Part shown: positions 50,240 through 63,055 of the stretch, in pieces
Position numbering within the stretch: the first letter of the stretch is position 1
Layout of the letters: each line of letters begins with the position of its first letter
Source of the DNA: Lama glama
Lineage: Eukaryota
Direction of reading: 5' to 3'
Assembly: GCA_028534125.1 (NCBI GenBank)
Contig: CM052816.1
Location: 11,596,001 to 11,660,000, forward strand
DNA length: 64,000 bases
Notes under the pieces: model-generated
What the model saw: the letters and a program-made list of their open reading frames with translations, nothing else
The model's database searches: none
What the model was told of the DNA's origin: nothing
Made by a program: the position numbers and the translations under genes

Positions 50240-50345
50240 CACTAGGGTGCCTGGGTTTAGATATGGACTCCACCACTTACATTTTAAACAGTCTCTTCAT
50301 TCCTCAGTTTCTTTATCTGTGAAATGGGGGAGATCATTGTAATTA
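50240..50345 (+). mobile_element. MIR fragment
   Basis: tgcctgggtttagatatggactccaccacttac...cctcagtttctttatctgtgaaatggggga. Confidence 0.65.
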
Positions 50346-50404
50346 TAAACATTATAATAAATGACTCCAAAAACTACTCTCCTTTCCTGCTGTGGCTCTG
50401 TCTC

Positions 50405-50444
50405 CTGGCCTCACCATGTGCTGGCCTCACCATGTGCTGGCCTC
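50405..50444. repeat. 2.5 x 16-bp perfect tandem repeat
   Basis: (ctggcctcaccatgtg)2 followed by ctggcctc. Confidence 0.9.
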
Positions 50445-53400
50445 GCAGAAGTGATTCTAGAGAATGCTGGCCCAGGGTGGGTAGGCACAGCCTCTGTGGT
50501 CCAGATGGACAGGCATGGAGGGCTTGCTCACCCGGGTGTGAGCAGTGCCACCAAAGTCATCCCCCACCCCAAGTCTTTTGGATCAGGACACACTCTGGCA
50601 GGTGAAACAAATATTATGGGAGTCTAGTGAATTGGCTGTTCTCATACGTAGGTGTCAGGATGGCCAGGGCTCCCCAGGGCCTGGAGAGTGCATGGATAGA
50701 GCATCACTAGCCCTCAGGGATTCCTGGTGGGATCTGCAGTGGGGGGCAAGTGCAGGTACGTTTGGGCACTTCCGCTGTCTTGGGCGTGAACCTGACAGGA
50801 AGGATACCAGCTGTGGGGCCCTAGAGGTAGCAGATGTGCCAGTTACTAACTCTTTTGCTGCTGGGGATACTGGGAGGGGGCTTCCTTAGAGAGCTCAAGG
50901 GAGTGGCTATTTATTTAAATGACAGATACATTTAATATTTCATAAACTGCCAAAGTGTGGAGGATTTGGATTCGGGTCTGTTGGTTCCAGAATCATTACA
51001 GGTTAACGTCTAGAAGAGAGGGAATGTTGGCAGCCCTGTTGATAACCAGAAACACCTCTGGGTTCCAGTGGTTCTTTGGAAATATCATCTAAATGGCTAT
51101 TAGACTTACGGAGGTCACATCACTCTGCTCCAACCATTTTCCTCACCTGTCAAGTGGGAATGAAACGACCACAGAGAGATGTATGGCTGTGTCTACCCCT
51201 GTGTTGGCTCTAAAAGGAAAGTGGCTCTCTGCCTGGAAGTTTCCAGGCGGTTGCTGAACTTCCGCTCAGCTTCCTGAGCTCAGTATTGTTTTCTCCAGCA
51301 GTGCGGGGCCCCGGTGGTATCAGGAAGCAGGTGAAGGAGGTTGCAGGTCACAAAGCATCAGCGTCTGTTTCTGGCATCTCCACGTGTCCAAAGAATGGAT
51401 GGTGATGTTTTCCTTGCAGAAAAGAAATTTGAGAAGCAGCTATGTTACTGAGGGTGGGGTGAGTGGGTTGCCCCAGTGCTGAAGAGGGTGGGGTTGGGTT
51501 TAGTTTAAAGGACAGCATCTGGCATTTTTTCTCCCTGAACCTAGAAATCTGAAAGCAAAATCACATGGCTCTGAAACCAGTTTCTCCTTAGAACAGCCCA
51601 GAGTAACATGAACTGAAACGAGAGTGAGGAAGTGGTGCAGGGTTCCCCAGGTTTCATCAGCGTCGAGAAACGGGGAAAAGATACGTGTGCGTGATGAGGG
51701 CAGTGACAAGCTCTGGCCTCTGAGCCCTCGGGAGATTGGTCCCTAGAAGTGCCATTTACTGCCAGACAAACGGGTGAACTGGCAGTTCTCCCAGCCTCAG
51801 GTGGCCCCTTTGTAAGCTGGGTGGGTTGTGTGTGTAGAAGTGTAATAATAATACTAATATTCAACTTGCATATGTTAAATATTATTTCCTGGTCCCACTT
51901 TGCCCACATCCTGAGCATTTCAGTGTATAACCTCTGTGGCAGGGGTCAAGGTACTCTTCCTGCAGAATTCCCCTGGCTTTGCACTGCTCCTCCTCTGGGT
52001 CCCACCTCAGGTGCCACTTCCTCCAAGGGGCTTCCCAAGTCTTCCAGTGGCAGTGAGGCGACCTGTCACTCTTTCCTAGAAGCCTGTTCTTCACACATGC
52101 TGCACAATTGTAATGATCTAATCTTTTTTGTTATTTGTGTTCTTTTCTCCAGTAGACTATGTACTGCAAAATAATAGAAACAATCTATTTTTCATCTCAT
52201 TTAAAGATGAAAATATCATTTCACTTAAAAGGGAGTATGTAATACTGAGCAAGCTACTGATACCTGACAAGTAACTGGTCTGTAAGCCACAGCAGTGCCT
52301 GACATGGTAGGTCCTCAGTAAAAATTTGTTAAATGAATAAATACTTGAGATTTTGTAGATTGGAATTGAAATCTAAACTTTCTCTAGACTTATAACAGAG
52401 ATTTATATGATGTAGCTGCAAAGAAGCATGGATGCCATTTTTAGTTAATAATACCCAGTCTTGAATTCATATTTTTCATTGCCTTGCAAACCATAACATC
52501 TCTAAAATGAGTTTTCATCTTTGAGGGGCATCAGGAAAATCATATGTCTCATATGTGAACCTCGAAGTAAGTAGGCTGCAAATTTTTAGTGGCTTTTATT
52601 TTGGAGTGTCAGATAACAGGCAGCTGAAATTGAAACAGCTTCAATGTCACACAATGTCTTCTTGTAATTCTCTTCAAGCGTTCAGTGCATTAAACCTTAC
52701 AGGCACCCTCTGCATTTCCCAACTCACTGTGGATTTAAACTATCTAAGCAGGCACAGCCACACCCAAGAGACTTCTGATCTAAATGGACTCCAGTTACTT
52801 CTCCTAAATTCTCAGTTTTTCGGATAATGGGTAAGAACAGGGGTTGGGAAACTTTTCCTGCAAGGGGCCGGGTTGTATTGTGACGGTAAGACTGCACACT
52901 TTGTAAATGACGGCAGAGACGGGGCTGCTCAGACACTGTTGCCTCCGTAGTACGCAGCCCAGGACCTGGCACATACTGAGTGCTCAGTGACGCCTTGGGG
53001 AATGATGACAAGCATATTTGTCTGCAATTATGAAAGGACTTTTCATCAATTCTGGCATGCACCGCCTGCTCAGGGAGGCTTAGTATGAACACTCTTTGAA
53101 AAACGGTAACCCACTCTCCTATTCCCCCTGCTAAGTCCCTGCCACTCCACCTTCTTTCTCTCAGACCCGATGATTGTGTTCCAACATGCTACCTGATTTA
53201 CTTGTGTAGTTTGTTTCCTGTTTGTTTTCCTCCACTAGAATGTGAACGGCAGGAGGGTAAGGATTTTTGTGTGTTCTGTTCACGTCGCAGGCACATGAAG
53301 TATTTGGGTGGATACATGAATGACATTTCTAAATGCTGTATAGGGATCGTCGGGCCTAGGAGATAAAACATTCAGAACAAACAAAACGAAACTGCAGTCA

Positions 53401-53789
53401 TACCTTACTTCGTATCATGGACTTCAGATTCTTCGACTACAGTGGATTTGTACTTAACTTCAAGGGAAATCTGCAGCTGTGTATTATATTGTAATGTATT
53501 CTACTTATTTTCAAATGGTGTTCAATGAGTAAAATATTTGAAGAGCAAAAGCATATATCAAAGGTGCTTTCATTAGAAGTTCACTTTTAAAATTACAGAA
53601 ATGCTACATCTTCTAGAAAACTTTGAAAAACACAAAGAAAAAGCCCCCAAATTGGCCTTAATCCCATTGAGATAATCATTGCTGATATTTTGGGCGCATA
53701 GTCTTCCAAGGTTTTCCCTTGTGCGTAATACTTTCATAAGTTGTGTATAAAAGCGGAAGCATACTGTAAAGGTTGAATAAGAGCCAATG

Positions 53790-54005
53790 TTTACATTGGA
53801 CTTTGAGGCACTGTTCTAAGTGCTTGACTTATATTTATATTAATTTCACAACAACCTTATAATCTAGGTCCTAGTATTACTCACATTCTACGGATGAGGA
53901 AACTGAGGCACCAGGCGGTTAACTTGCCTGAAGTCATACAGCTCATGAGTGGTGGAACCGGGATTTGGACCAAGGCAGGTTCCAGAAGGCACGCTCTTAA
54001 TCACT
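53790..54005 (-). mobile_element. MIR SINE (within an old L1ME-like remnant, about 53580-54370)
   Basis: cattctacggatgaggaaactgaggcaccaggcggttaacttgcctgaagtcatacagctcatgagtggtggaaccgggatttggacc. Confidence 0.85.
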
Positions 54006-55109
54006 GGTTTTGTGGCCTCCGAGTATTGCTTATGACTTGCTTTTTTCCTCCTTGCTTATCACTATGTCAAGAAAATTTTCACAACTGTTGTATGTTCTCC
54101 TCCAACATTATTTGTAAAGACTATATAGTATTCCAATACTCAACTACTCTTATTCTTCTGTTTTTTAAAGAACTGTTAGGAATGCTCCTTCTGCCCTCCT
54201 CCCTCCTCCTCACCTACCTTCCTTCCTTCGTTTCTTCCTTCTTCCCCTCTCCTCCTCTTTCCTCCCCTCCTCTTTCTTGGCTACTATGAATAATTCTACA
54301 GTAAAGCAACCTGAAGATAAACCATTGCACACCAATATGATACCTTCCTTAGGTTAAATTGCTCAAACTGGTATATAAAGTTTAATAAAATCATGGAATA
54401 AGGAATCTATGGGGAACAATCTTGAAAAGCAGATAACTTTTCGGTTTTATAATCTGGGGTATTGGACAGTTGCCTCATGAGTTTTTTTTAAGTGAGGTCC
54501 ACCTGTATTCGCTCTTATCAAACGGTTGCTTCAGCTGAAAATCCACTTGGTAACTAGCCTGTACAAGTAAAAATGTGTTCCTAAGTGGAAATGTTAAAAT
54601 GACTATGGGAAGAGCTATAAATGATAATGGAAAATTCAGAATGAAAATTCAGGTAAAGGCTGAGCAAGTAAAGTAAACCAAATCTGTATCACGGCAGGCA
54701 AATTAGAGTGTGTTTGGAGCCAAATTGGAGTGAAACAAAAGATCTTGCTTTATGAAGACACAGAGCTAATTAATCTCTGTCAAATTGTTTTTAAATACTT
54801 GTCTTCTGGATAATTCAAACTCACTGTTGCAGGAATGAATCTCTCTCTCCTTTGCCATTTGTAATTGTCAACCCAACAGGCATTTGCTTTGGGTTTTTTT
54901 TGGTAAAGTGTTTATGGTACAAAATTACCATCATTAGACAAAATGTCATCCTTGGGGTGAAAATACAGAACATTCTTAACTCTTGAAGGGTCAGCTCAAA
55001 CTCTTCTGAATGATGCATGGTGCTATTCTGGGAGCAGGTCTCTAGCTGGCCAAGTGTTCCCTTTGCTAATATTCACAGACACAGCATGGTTACATCTGAA
55101 CCCTAGGGT

Positions 55110-55135
55110 ATGTGTGTGTGTGTGTGTGTGTGTGT
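55110..55135. repeat. (TG)n microsatellite
   Basis: About 13 TG units. Confidence 0.9.
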
Positions 55136-55542
55136 ACATATAAGCTTGCGGAACTGGCTGGACAAAAATACATGTAAACATTTTCTGCCCCATCAACTGG
55201 AACTTTCAAAAACATTCACATTGAGTCACTTTAAAATTTACTAATCAATTCATTAAGCATCTATCAAGCATGCTGTGTCTGCTCTAAATTTTGGCATACA
55301 AAGATGAATGAGAACTTCAAGAAGTTCATGGTATTGTAGAAACCTTGGCTGAGTATGTATTCCCAGGAAGACATTTATTATAGTCTCTTGTTTTTCCATT
55401 ACCAAATGTGCATGGCCTGGCACTAGTTACTGTGTACAGTTTCTACTTAATAGAAGGTATGTTGTATGTGTTTGTTAACTGATGTGTTGTTGGATGGTTA
55501 TAAAGATGACAGCTAGTACCTGAAGGAATTTCCAGTCATCTT

Positions 55543-55869
55543 CTCATCTTTTTTTTTTTTTCAAGAATCAACAGAATGCAGTAATCCAATCATAAAGGAC
55601 AGTCAAATGTGCTTACACATATTCAAGGAATCAATCATTTAAGCTATAAATAATAAGTAGTTCATTTGTGTCCTTTTTTTGTATTCCATTTATAAGTGAT
55701 ATCATATGGCATTTTTTCTCTTTCTGGCTTATTTCACTTAGAATGATGATCTCCAGGTCCATCCATGTTGCTGCAGATGGCATTATTTTATTCTTTTTTA
55801 TGGCTGAGTAATATTCCACTGTGTGTGTATATGTGTGTGTATGTATGAGTGTGTATATGTGTGTGTGTG

Positions 55870-55911
<42 letters not shown>

Positions 55912-57043
55912 AACACAGCTTCTTTATCTAGTCATCTGTTGATGGACATGTGAATTGTTTCTATGTCTTGGCTATTGTAAATAATGCTGTTATGGACATT
56001 GGGGTACATGTGACTTTTTGAATTATATTTTTCTCGGGATATATTCCCAGGAGTGGGATTGCTGGATCATACGGTAGGTCTATTTTTAGTTTTTTAAAGA
56101 ACCTCTGTACTGTGCTCCATAATGGCTGCACCAATTTACATTCCCACCAATGGTGTAGAAGGGTTCCTTTTTCTCTGCACCGTCTCCAGCATTTATCGTT
56201 TGTGGACTTTTTAATGATGGCCATTCTGACTGGTGTGAGATGATATCTCATTTTAGTTTTAATTTGCATTTCTCTTACAATTAGTGATGTTGAGCATCTT
56301 TTCATGTGCTTGTTGGCCATCTGGATGTCTTCTTTGGAGAGGCGTCTGTTAAGATCTGCCCACATGTTGATTGGGTTGCTTATTTTTTCGATATTAAATT
56401 GTATGAGTTCTTGGTATATTTTGGAAATTAGTCCTTTGTTGGTTGCATCATTTACAAATATTTTCTCTCATTCTGTAGGTTGTCTTTTTGTTTTGTTGAT
56501 GGTTTCCTTAGCAGTGCAAAAGCTTATAAGTTTAATTAGATCCCATTTTTAAGTTTTTGCTTTTATTTTCATTACTCCAGGAGCTGGTTCAAAAATATAT
56601 TGCTGTGACTAACTTCTAAGAGTGCTCTGCCTATGTTTTCCTCTAGGAGTTTTATAGTATCTGATCTTACATTTAAGTCTTTAATTCATTTTGGGTTTAT
56701 TTTTGTATATGGTGTTAGTGTTCTAATTTCAGTCTTTTACAGGTAGCTGTCCAGTTTTCCCAGCACCGCTTACTGAAGAGATTGTCTTTTCTCCATTGTA
56801 TATTCTTGCCTCTGTTGTTGTAGGTTAATTGACCATAAGTGCGTGGGTTTATTTCTGGACTTTCTATCCTTTTCCGTTGAGCTATGTGTCTGTTTTGTGC
56901 CAGGACCATAGTTTTGATTACTGTAGTTTTGTAGCATAGTCTGAAGTCAGGGAGTGTGAATCCCTTATCTCCATTCTTCTTTTTCAAGATTGTTTTGCCT
57001 GTTAGGGATCTTTTTGTGTTTCCATGCGAATTTTAACATTTTT
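55543..57043 (-). mobile_element. Young 5'-truncated L1 (ORF2 C-terminal region) with an atypical 3' end and 22-bp TSD
   Basis: ORFs 56715-56987 (TLPDFRLCYKTTVIKT...WENWTATCKRLKL), 55961-56365 ([28 protein letters not shown]...CWRRC...HHWWEC) and 55631-55906 are L1 ORF2. TSD TGAAGGAATTTCCAGTCATCTT (55521-55542) / TGAAGGACTTTCCAGTCTTCTT (57044-57065). Frameshifted, with an internal TG/CA microsatellite at about 55820-55910. Confidence 0.92.
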
Positions 57044-57339
57044 TGAAGGACTTTCCAGTCTTCTTGAAGGGAGAAACTGTAAACGTGTTAAGGACTCACA
57101 ATACGAGATTTAAGTAACAATTATATACAAAAGAGATTTGACAAGATTATTATACCCCCCCCCCAAACAAAGGTAACCCAAGCTCCATTAGTATACGTAG
57201 AAGTATTATTCAGGGTCTTGAGAGTGGGTAGAGTATGATGTACAGGTTTAGTAATTAGTCTTTAATTAGTCTTTAAATAGGACATTGAACTAGAGTTAGA
57301 CGTGGAGGTATCAAGCAAGATAAAAAAAAATGGTCTGTG

Positions 57340-57650
57340 CAGTTATTTTCTTAGGATAAGTTTATAAGAGTATGATTACTGGGTCAAAGGTTATAAACAG
57401 TTTTAGACTGTTAGTGCATATTGCAGTATGATTTCCAAAATAGCCATATCAATTTATACAGTCAAATGCATAAATGTACTTGTTTCATCATAACTTTGTT
57501 AGAATTGGTCACTGTCATCTTTAAAGTTTTTTTTTTTTTAGGGGACAGTTTCAATTGAGATGAGATTACTCTCATTGTAATTTGCATTTCTTTGTTTACT
57601 AGTGAAGTTAAACGATTTTCATTTTGTTTAATAAAGGTATTTTCTAACAT
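57340..57650 (-). mobile_element. Old L1 (L1ME-like) fragment
   Basis: attttcttaggataag...gattactgggtcaaaggtta...ctcattgtaatttgcatttctttgtttactagtgaagtt; the ORF track shows LTSLVNKEMQIT. Confidence 0.7.
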
Positions 57651-57749
57651 ATGATGTCATTTTCCTGCCAGTACTGTGATCCAAAAGGGAGGGAAGGAAA
57701 AGCTTATTTTGCAAATAGAGTGGAGAGACAAGTTGCAAGACAGTGGTGC

Positions 57750-58260
57750 TACATCAGTATATTTATTAATTTTTGTAGCAAGTGAAAGGAAGCCTCACTC
57801 CAGATGGCTTATGTAGAAAAAGATAATTTAGTAGTCACACCTATCTGAAAAGTCCTGACACTAGATTTGCCTTCAGTTACAGCTCAGGGCTCACATGATA
57901 TCACCAGGACCCATTTCTGTCTGTGCTCTGCATCTTGAGGTAGTAGTTCCCAGTTCAAACAAGCTCTCTATGTGTGGTTATAATGTAGCTGCAACACACT
58001 CTTTAATTCCAGATTTAAGTTCCTTATTGTAGGAGTAGAGTCTGTATCCCAGTCTCTTGTGGGATCTGATTGGGTTATCTTGAGCCAATCACGGTGGTCA
58101 GGGAAATGTGGCATTCTAGTTGGCTCAGGTCTGTGTCACGTGCTCCACTGCTAAGCTGAATTGGCACATCACACGAAGCAGTAGGGTGTGGAGAAGAGGA
58201 GGATCCCCAGAGGGCAGTCGGGGGTGAAGCGCGTGACAGTTACAGTATCCAGCTCTACCA
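57750..58260 (-). mobile_element. MLT1J/K-like solo LTR
   Basis: ttgtagcaagtgaaaggaagcctcactccagatggctta...ctcagggctcacatgatatcaccaggacc...tgagccaatcacggtggtcagggaaatg...ttggctcagg. Confidence 0.7.
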
Positions 58261-58519
58261 CAGAATCATTGTTTGGGAAAGAAGGAATTTCTCAAGCGGA
58301 TCCACATAGAGGGTTATATAAGTGAACTGAAGGGTCCAAGGATAACCTGCCTGTTGTACTATGTGGCTTCAGACTGATGGAGCTGAGCTCTTCCAGGTGC
58401 AGTAGAAGTAAGGCTGCCATTGTCCTTCCAGTGCCCACATTCCTCCCTCACATGTCACCCTGCCAGGGATGTGCTCCTTCTTTTGCTCTCCTCTCCCTGG
58501 AGGTTAATCCTTTGCTTTC

Positions 58520-59200
58520 TAGTGTGGTCCCACCCCAGGGCCATCCATGAGGTGGGCCAGGAGACTGAAGCCTGCACACCTTTGATGTGATGGTTGTTCA
58601 GCTACTGTCTTTCTGCTTTGTGGTACTGGGGCTCAGCTCTGCTAACCACATTTCCCACATGGCTCCTGTTAGACTCTGGCAGTGGGGGAGGGGAGCCAGA
58701 AGACACTCTGAAGCTGGAGGAAGAAGGGCTTTCTCCTTCCTGGTTATGTAAGCCAGCAATGCTGCTTCTCCTCACCCATGACACTTGCTTCTAGTAGCAG
58801 CAGTGGTTGTTTTTCTAACTCTGAGAACCTCCCTCATGATGCCGTCTCATGTATCAGCACCTGCAAGCCAGCCTCTCCTCGGAAGTCTAAATCCCAGCTT
58901 TGCTGGATCTTCTAAACTTCTGAGAAGTTAGCACTAACCAGGCAGCATCTTCTCTTCAGGGATTTGTGTGGAACTCTGTAGTACCCCTTCTCGAAGCTTA
59001 CATATTTTAGTGATACCTGCCTCTTCCCCCTGCTTCTCCAGCCTTTGAAGCTGGTAGTTGCTTCGTGCAGTTACGACATTTATGATACTTCCGTGTCTCT
59101 TTTTGGTCTTTTCAGTTTTCCAGCATCTGGCTAGTAGTCCTTCCCATTAAATTATCTTTGTCAAAATAATTGGTGCAGTTTGTGTTTCCTGACTGGACCC
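58520..59200 (+). mobile_element. ERVL solo LTR, LTR33-like
   Basis: 3' end tttttggtcttttcagttttccagcatctgg...attaaattatctttgtcaaaataattggtgcagtttgtgtttcctgactggacc matches the recalled LTR33 consensus. Confidence 0.7.
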
Positions 59201-59279
59201 CCAGTCCCAGTCTCTGTCCACCTGCATTTTCTTACTGTCATTTGAACTAAGCCTGCAGAAGATTGTCTTAATGGAAAAT

Positions 59280-59660
59280 TAGCTTCCCATTGCCCTTAGG
59301 GGATAAAGTCTAAACCCTCTAGTTGTCTTAATCTTGCATCTATACTCTAGGCACATGGAATGTCCTAAGTTCTTCTGATGTGCCATGCCGTCACCTTCGG
59401 GCACTTGAAGTACTTTTCCTCTGTGAAGGACACTGGTAACTTTACCCTTTTATCTGAGTAAGTCTCACATGTGCTTTAGGTGCCAGCAGAGATGTCATTT
59501 CCACTGGCAAGCTTTGATTGATTTCTCCCCCTTTCCCATGGCAACCTATACATTCCTGCCTATGGCACTCGTTTAATTGTTTAGTCGTTTTCCCACCGGA
59601 CTGCAAGCTCCTTGAAAGCAGTGCCGAGAACTCAATAGGTATCTTAATAAATATTTGACA
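59280..59660 (+). mobile_element. L2 fragment
   Basis: gcttcccattgcccttaggggataaagtctaaac...gatgtcatttccactggcaagc...gactgcaagctccttgaaagcag...cttaataaatatttg. Confidence 0.65.
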
Positions 59661-60114
59661 AGGACTTATTTAGAAAAGCTCCATGCTTTCTTTTTACTTT
59701 TTTGGAGCAAGGACAAAAATCCAGCTACTATTACTGCTGATGCAAGTCACGCCCTTAATGATTACCAAGGGTTTCATCTCCCATCCAAAGGACAAGCTAA
59801 TGTTGTGAAAATTGCCAAAGTAGGACTTCAGGGCAACAAACAAGACACCTCAAAGACCTGAGATGTCTCTGAGGCTGCCACATGTCACTGCAGTGATGGA
59901 GGTGGACAGGGATCAGCTATTGATTCACCAGGTTAAAAGCCTTCCCATCACCCACAGCCGCTGAAGGCACCGTGTCAAAGATAAGTGGCGGAAGAAAATG
60001 AAGCCTTGTCAAGTCCTTACATAGATGATTTCAGGATGCTAATGAGCGGCATTGGATGGGGTGGGGAGACTGAATGTGCCTGCTTTCCTGAGGCTACACC
60101 ATGCAATGAAACAA

Positions 60115-60295
60115 CAAAGACTTTGGAGTCAGAACTTGGTTCCAGTCTTGGCTTTTGCCTTGGTGAGATTCTTAGATTCTTAATCTGTAGAATGGGACTG
60201 ATAGCATCTACTTCACTCTATTTGTTTATTTGAAGAGAACTAAATGAGGTGATTGATTTGAAGTTACCTAGCACAGAGCTGGGACAATACTGGTA
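60115..60295 (+). mobile_element. MIR SINE
   Basis: gactttggagtcagaacttggttccagtcttggc...atctgtagaatgggactgatagcatctacttca...ctagcacagagctgggaca. Confidence 0.7.
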
Positions 60296-60514
60296 ATTTG
60301 TGGAAAATGATTGGATTGGCAGAGCTGATCCCAGTTATTCATTTGTCGATTTATTCATCCATTCAAAAACCATCATGGAACATCTGCTAAATGCTAGTGA
60401 TCTATAAGCAAATAAATTTTTAAAAGTCTCTCTTCATGGAGCTTCTACTGGGAGGAGAAAAATCTGAAAAGGTAACACATCAATAAACAAAAGAATGATA
60501 ATTTTGTCATTTCA

Positions 60515-60735
60515 CTTAATATTGTCCTTTTTTTTTCCCCCTAGCATTTTCTCCCCTGATCTAGGATCCAGTCCAGGAGCACAGATCGCATTTAGTTGTA
60601 AATCTCTTGAGTTGTCTTTTCTGTAGAATAGTTGCTCGGCCTTTTGCTGACTTCCATGACATTGACATTTTTGAAGAGTCCAGGCCAGTTGTTTTGTAGA
60701 ATGTCTCTCAATTTGGGTTTGTCTGTTTTCTGACA
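60515..60735 (-). mobile_element. L1MC-like 3' fragment
   Basis: gatctaggatccagtccagga...gcatttagttgt...catgacattgacatttttgaagagtccaggccagttgttttgtagaatgtctctcaatttgggtttgtctg. Confidence 0.75.
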
Positions 60736-61547
60736 ACGTGCTTTTCAAGGCCACGCAGCCAACAAATGGCAGAACTTAGACTGACCCTATGTCATGTCCA
60801 CTTTCCTCTTAAAAGCTGCCAAGAAACTTGGAGGTCAAACCCCAAAGTTCCACCCCCTGGATAACAGTCCTGTGAACACAGCCAGGTTATTGAATAACAA
60901 CAGCAATGAAATGGTAGTAACCACAGACAACACCCCCTCCCAGGTAAACCTTGCTCTTTTCTTCATTGTCATCTAGCATCTCCAGATCTCAGTGACAGTT
61001 CTAAAAAATCTATATTTTATTACATTCCTTTCTGTCTTCATCTCTCAAGGTGATAATTTGTCCTGCTTTAATAGAGCAGCCATGAAGAATGTTAGGAAAA
61101 TTAGACCAGAGGTGGGTAAAATGCCATAAGACCATATCAGTTCTGTTCTGATGTGTTTTTCAAGACTGTGGGACATTGAACAAAATGTACTAAAATTAAA
61201 AAAACAACAACTTTTTTTCTAATTTGGAAAATTCTTCTAAAAAGCTGAACGGTTGCTACAGCTAATCTATAATTTACCCAAATGTTGGGTACGTTATATT
61301 GGCATGCTAGGAGTTAGCTCATTAAGTTTTCTCAAAGAAGTGGGAGAGACAAAGGGGCAAGTAATTGGTGTTCTGAGCCCGTGTTCTGTTTCCCGTTTCT
61401 TGAATTGAAACTCAAGTGCATTTTAAAATTTGTCCAGATGTCTTTTTTTCATCTACAAACCAGCCCTAAGTGAACTCTGCCTTTTCACAGCTTGCTTATT
61501 CCTAGATGAGCATTTCTTCTGCTCTTTCAAAAGTGGGATTAGATTGA

Positions 61548-61566
61548 TGTCGCTAGGTGGAGCTGC
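61548..61566 (+). promoter_or_regulatory. Possible CTCF motif
   Basis: TCGCTAGGTGGAGC matches the core CC(A/G)SYAGRKGGCRS at 12 of 14 positions. Motif only. Confidence 0.25.
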
Positions 61567-62554
61567 AGGAAGACCCTCCCCTCTCTTAGCTCTTGTTGGT
61601 GCAGGGCATGGTGGGGGTGGGCATTAGGGGAAATAACGTCACATCTTAGGTGTCTTATTGGTGAGAAGTGATACAGAAGGGTGGTTTGTTTATTTGTATT
61701 GTAAACATTCAGAATTACTTTTTTACGTACATTAAAAGCCGAGCACTGTGTTAGTGGATTTAGCAAATGAATAACTCAGACGTGGTCTCTACTCTCAGGG
61801 AATTTATAATCTTACATACGTGGGGTATGGATGAGGTGGTCATGCAGGCTAGCACAGGGTGCTGCAGGAGGCACATGGTCAGACTTGGGAGGGAGGTGAA
61901 GTGGGTGGGTTCAGATATTTTTATACCATGGTGAAGAACAGAGGCAGAAGAGTAGAGCCTGACTTGTTTAGAATTTTACCTATCTCCAAGTTGTTTAATC
62001 TAATTTAACAGAGAAAATACTGACAGGATTTTTCAAAGAATGGTGATACCAGGGTGATCAGAGAAGTTAAGCAACTCCTGGAATCTTCCTCAGAAAAGCC
62101 AGAGTTTCCTCAGAATTGTGAGAGAGACACTGTCCAGGACAGGGGTTCTGAAGAGTTTGAAGTTTTTGTTACTCCTCCTGAAGGTGACCCAGTGAAATTG
62201 CCCTCTACAGAGCAGGGCTGCTTTCCCCTATGAGTTAATGGCTTTCTACCCTTCTCAAGACACTGAATCCCCTTCCTTTTCTAGTGATATTTGCTTAATA
62301 TTTAATTATAGGCAATTTCTCCCTTTCTCTTTCTCTATCTCATTTTGATTAGTATACAGAACTTCCCTCTCTAATCTCAGAGCACTCAGAGACACTATTT
62401 CAAAGCACTCTGGGAACAGATACGATGTCACAAAAAAAGGGTTCTAGTTGCCTTTGTCATCAATGTTGAGGGTAGAAAGAAATGGTGGTGGGGGAGCTTC
62501 AATGTGATGAAGTTTATCTTCTAAATTCTTACCTGTCTCTAAGAAAGGTTCTGA

Positions 62555-63055
62555 GAAGTGATGTCTAATCTGAGACTTGAAGGCACTGGGATAGGAACTA
62601 TGCTGTAGACAGTAGGTGTCATACTGGCAGAAGCCTGGAGACTAGAGAGAACATGGTGTATTATATCAGAGACACTGACGGAAGAGTGCAAACGCGGCAG
62701 AAGTGAGGTGAGGCTGGAAAAGGTTGACTGTGGAAAGCTTTGTAAGATTTTGTCGAGCTATCGACTCCATCTTGAGGGCCATGGGAGCCTAATGAAGCCA
62801 CACAAGTTGGTAAGTGGTAGGCTGAGATTTATATTTAAGAAAGAAAAATCTGACTGCTGTAGGAGAAAAGGACTAGATCAAAACTGGAAGCAGAGAGACC
62901 AGCTGGGAGACCTGGACTGAGAGGGTGGTACGTAGGATGAGGAGAGGCGAAAGACAGGCGGAACTACTTTGCGGGGGGAACTAGTAGGACTTCATGATGA
63001 CTTAGATGTAGAGAGTGAGGAAGGAGGAGTAATCAGAGATGAAAAGCCCAAATTT
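62555..63055 (-). mobile_element. L2 fragment
   Basis: ctgagacttgaagg...gagggccatgggagcctaatgaag...gagatttatatttaagaaaga...ggaagcagagagaccagctgggaga...gagtgaggaaggaggagtaatcagagatga. Confidence 0.7.

Noticed and set aside
50405..50444. Short direct repeats as a possible CRISPR-like or structured array
   Set aside because: A simple head-to-tail 16-bp duplication with no spacers, in mammalian DNA.
653..55230. Scattered AP-1 heptamers (about a dozen) as a window-wide enhancer signature
   Set aside because: The count is near the rough chance expectation for a two-variant 7-mer in 64 kb. Only the close pair at 7485 and 7526 was kept.
55631..56987. Protein-like ORFs on the - strand
   Set aside because: Frameshifted fragments of L1 ORF2 in a 5'-truncated copy; not a host gene or an active element.
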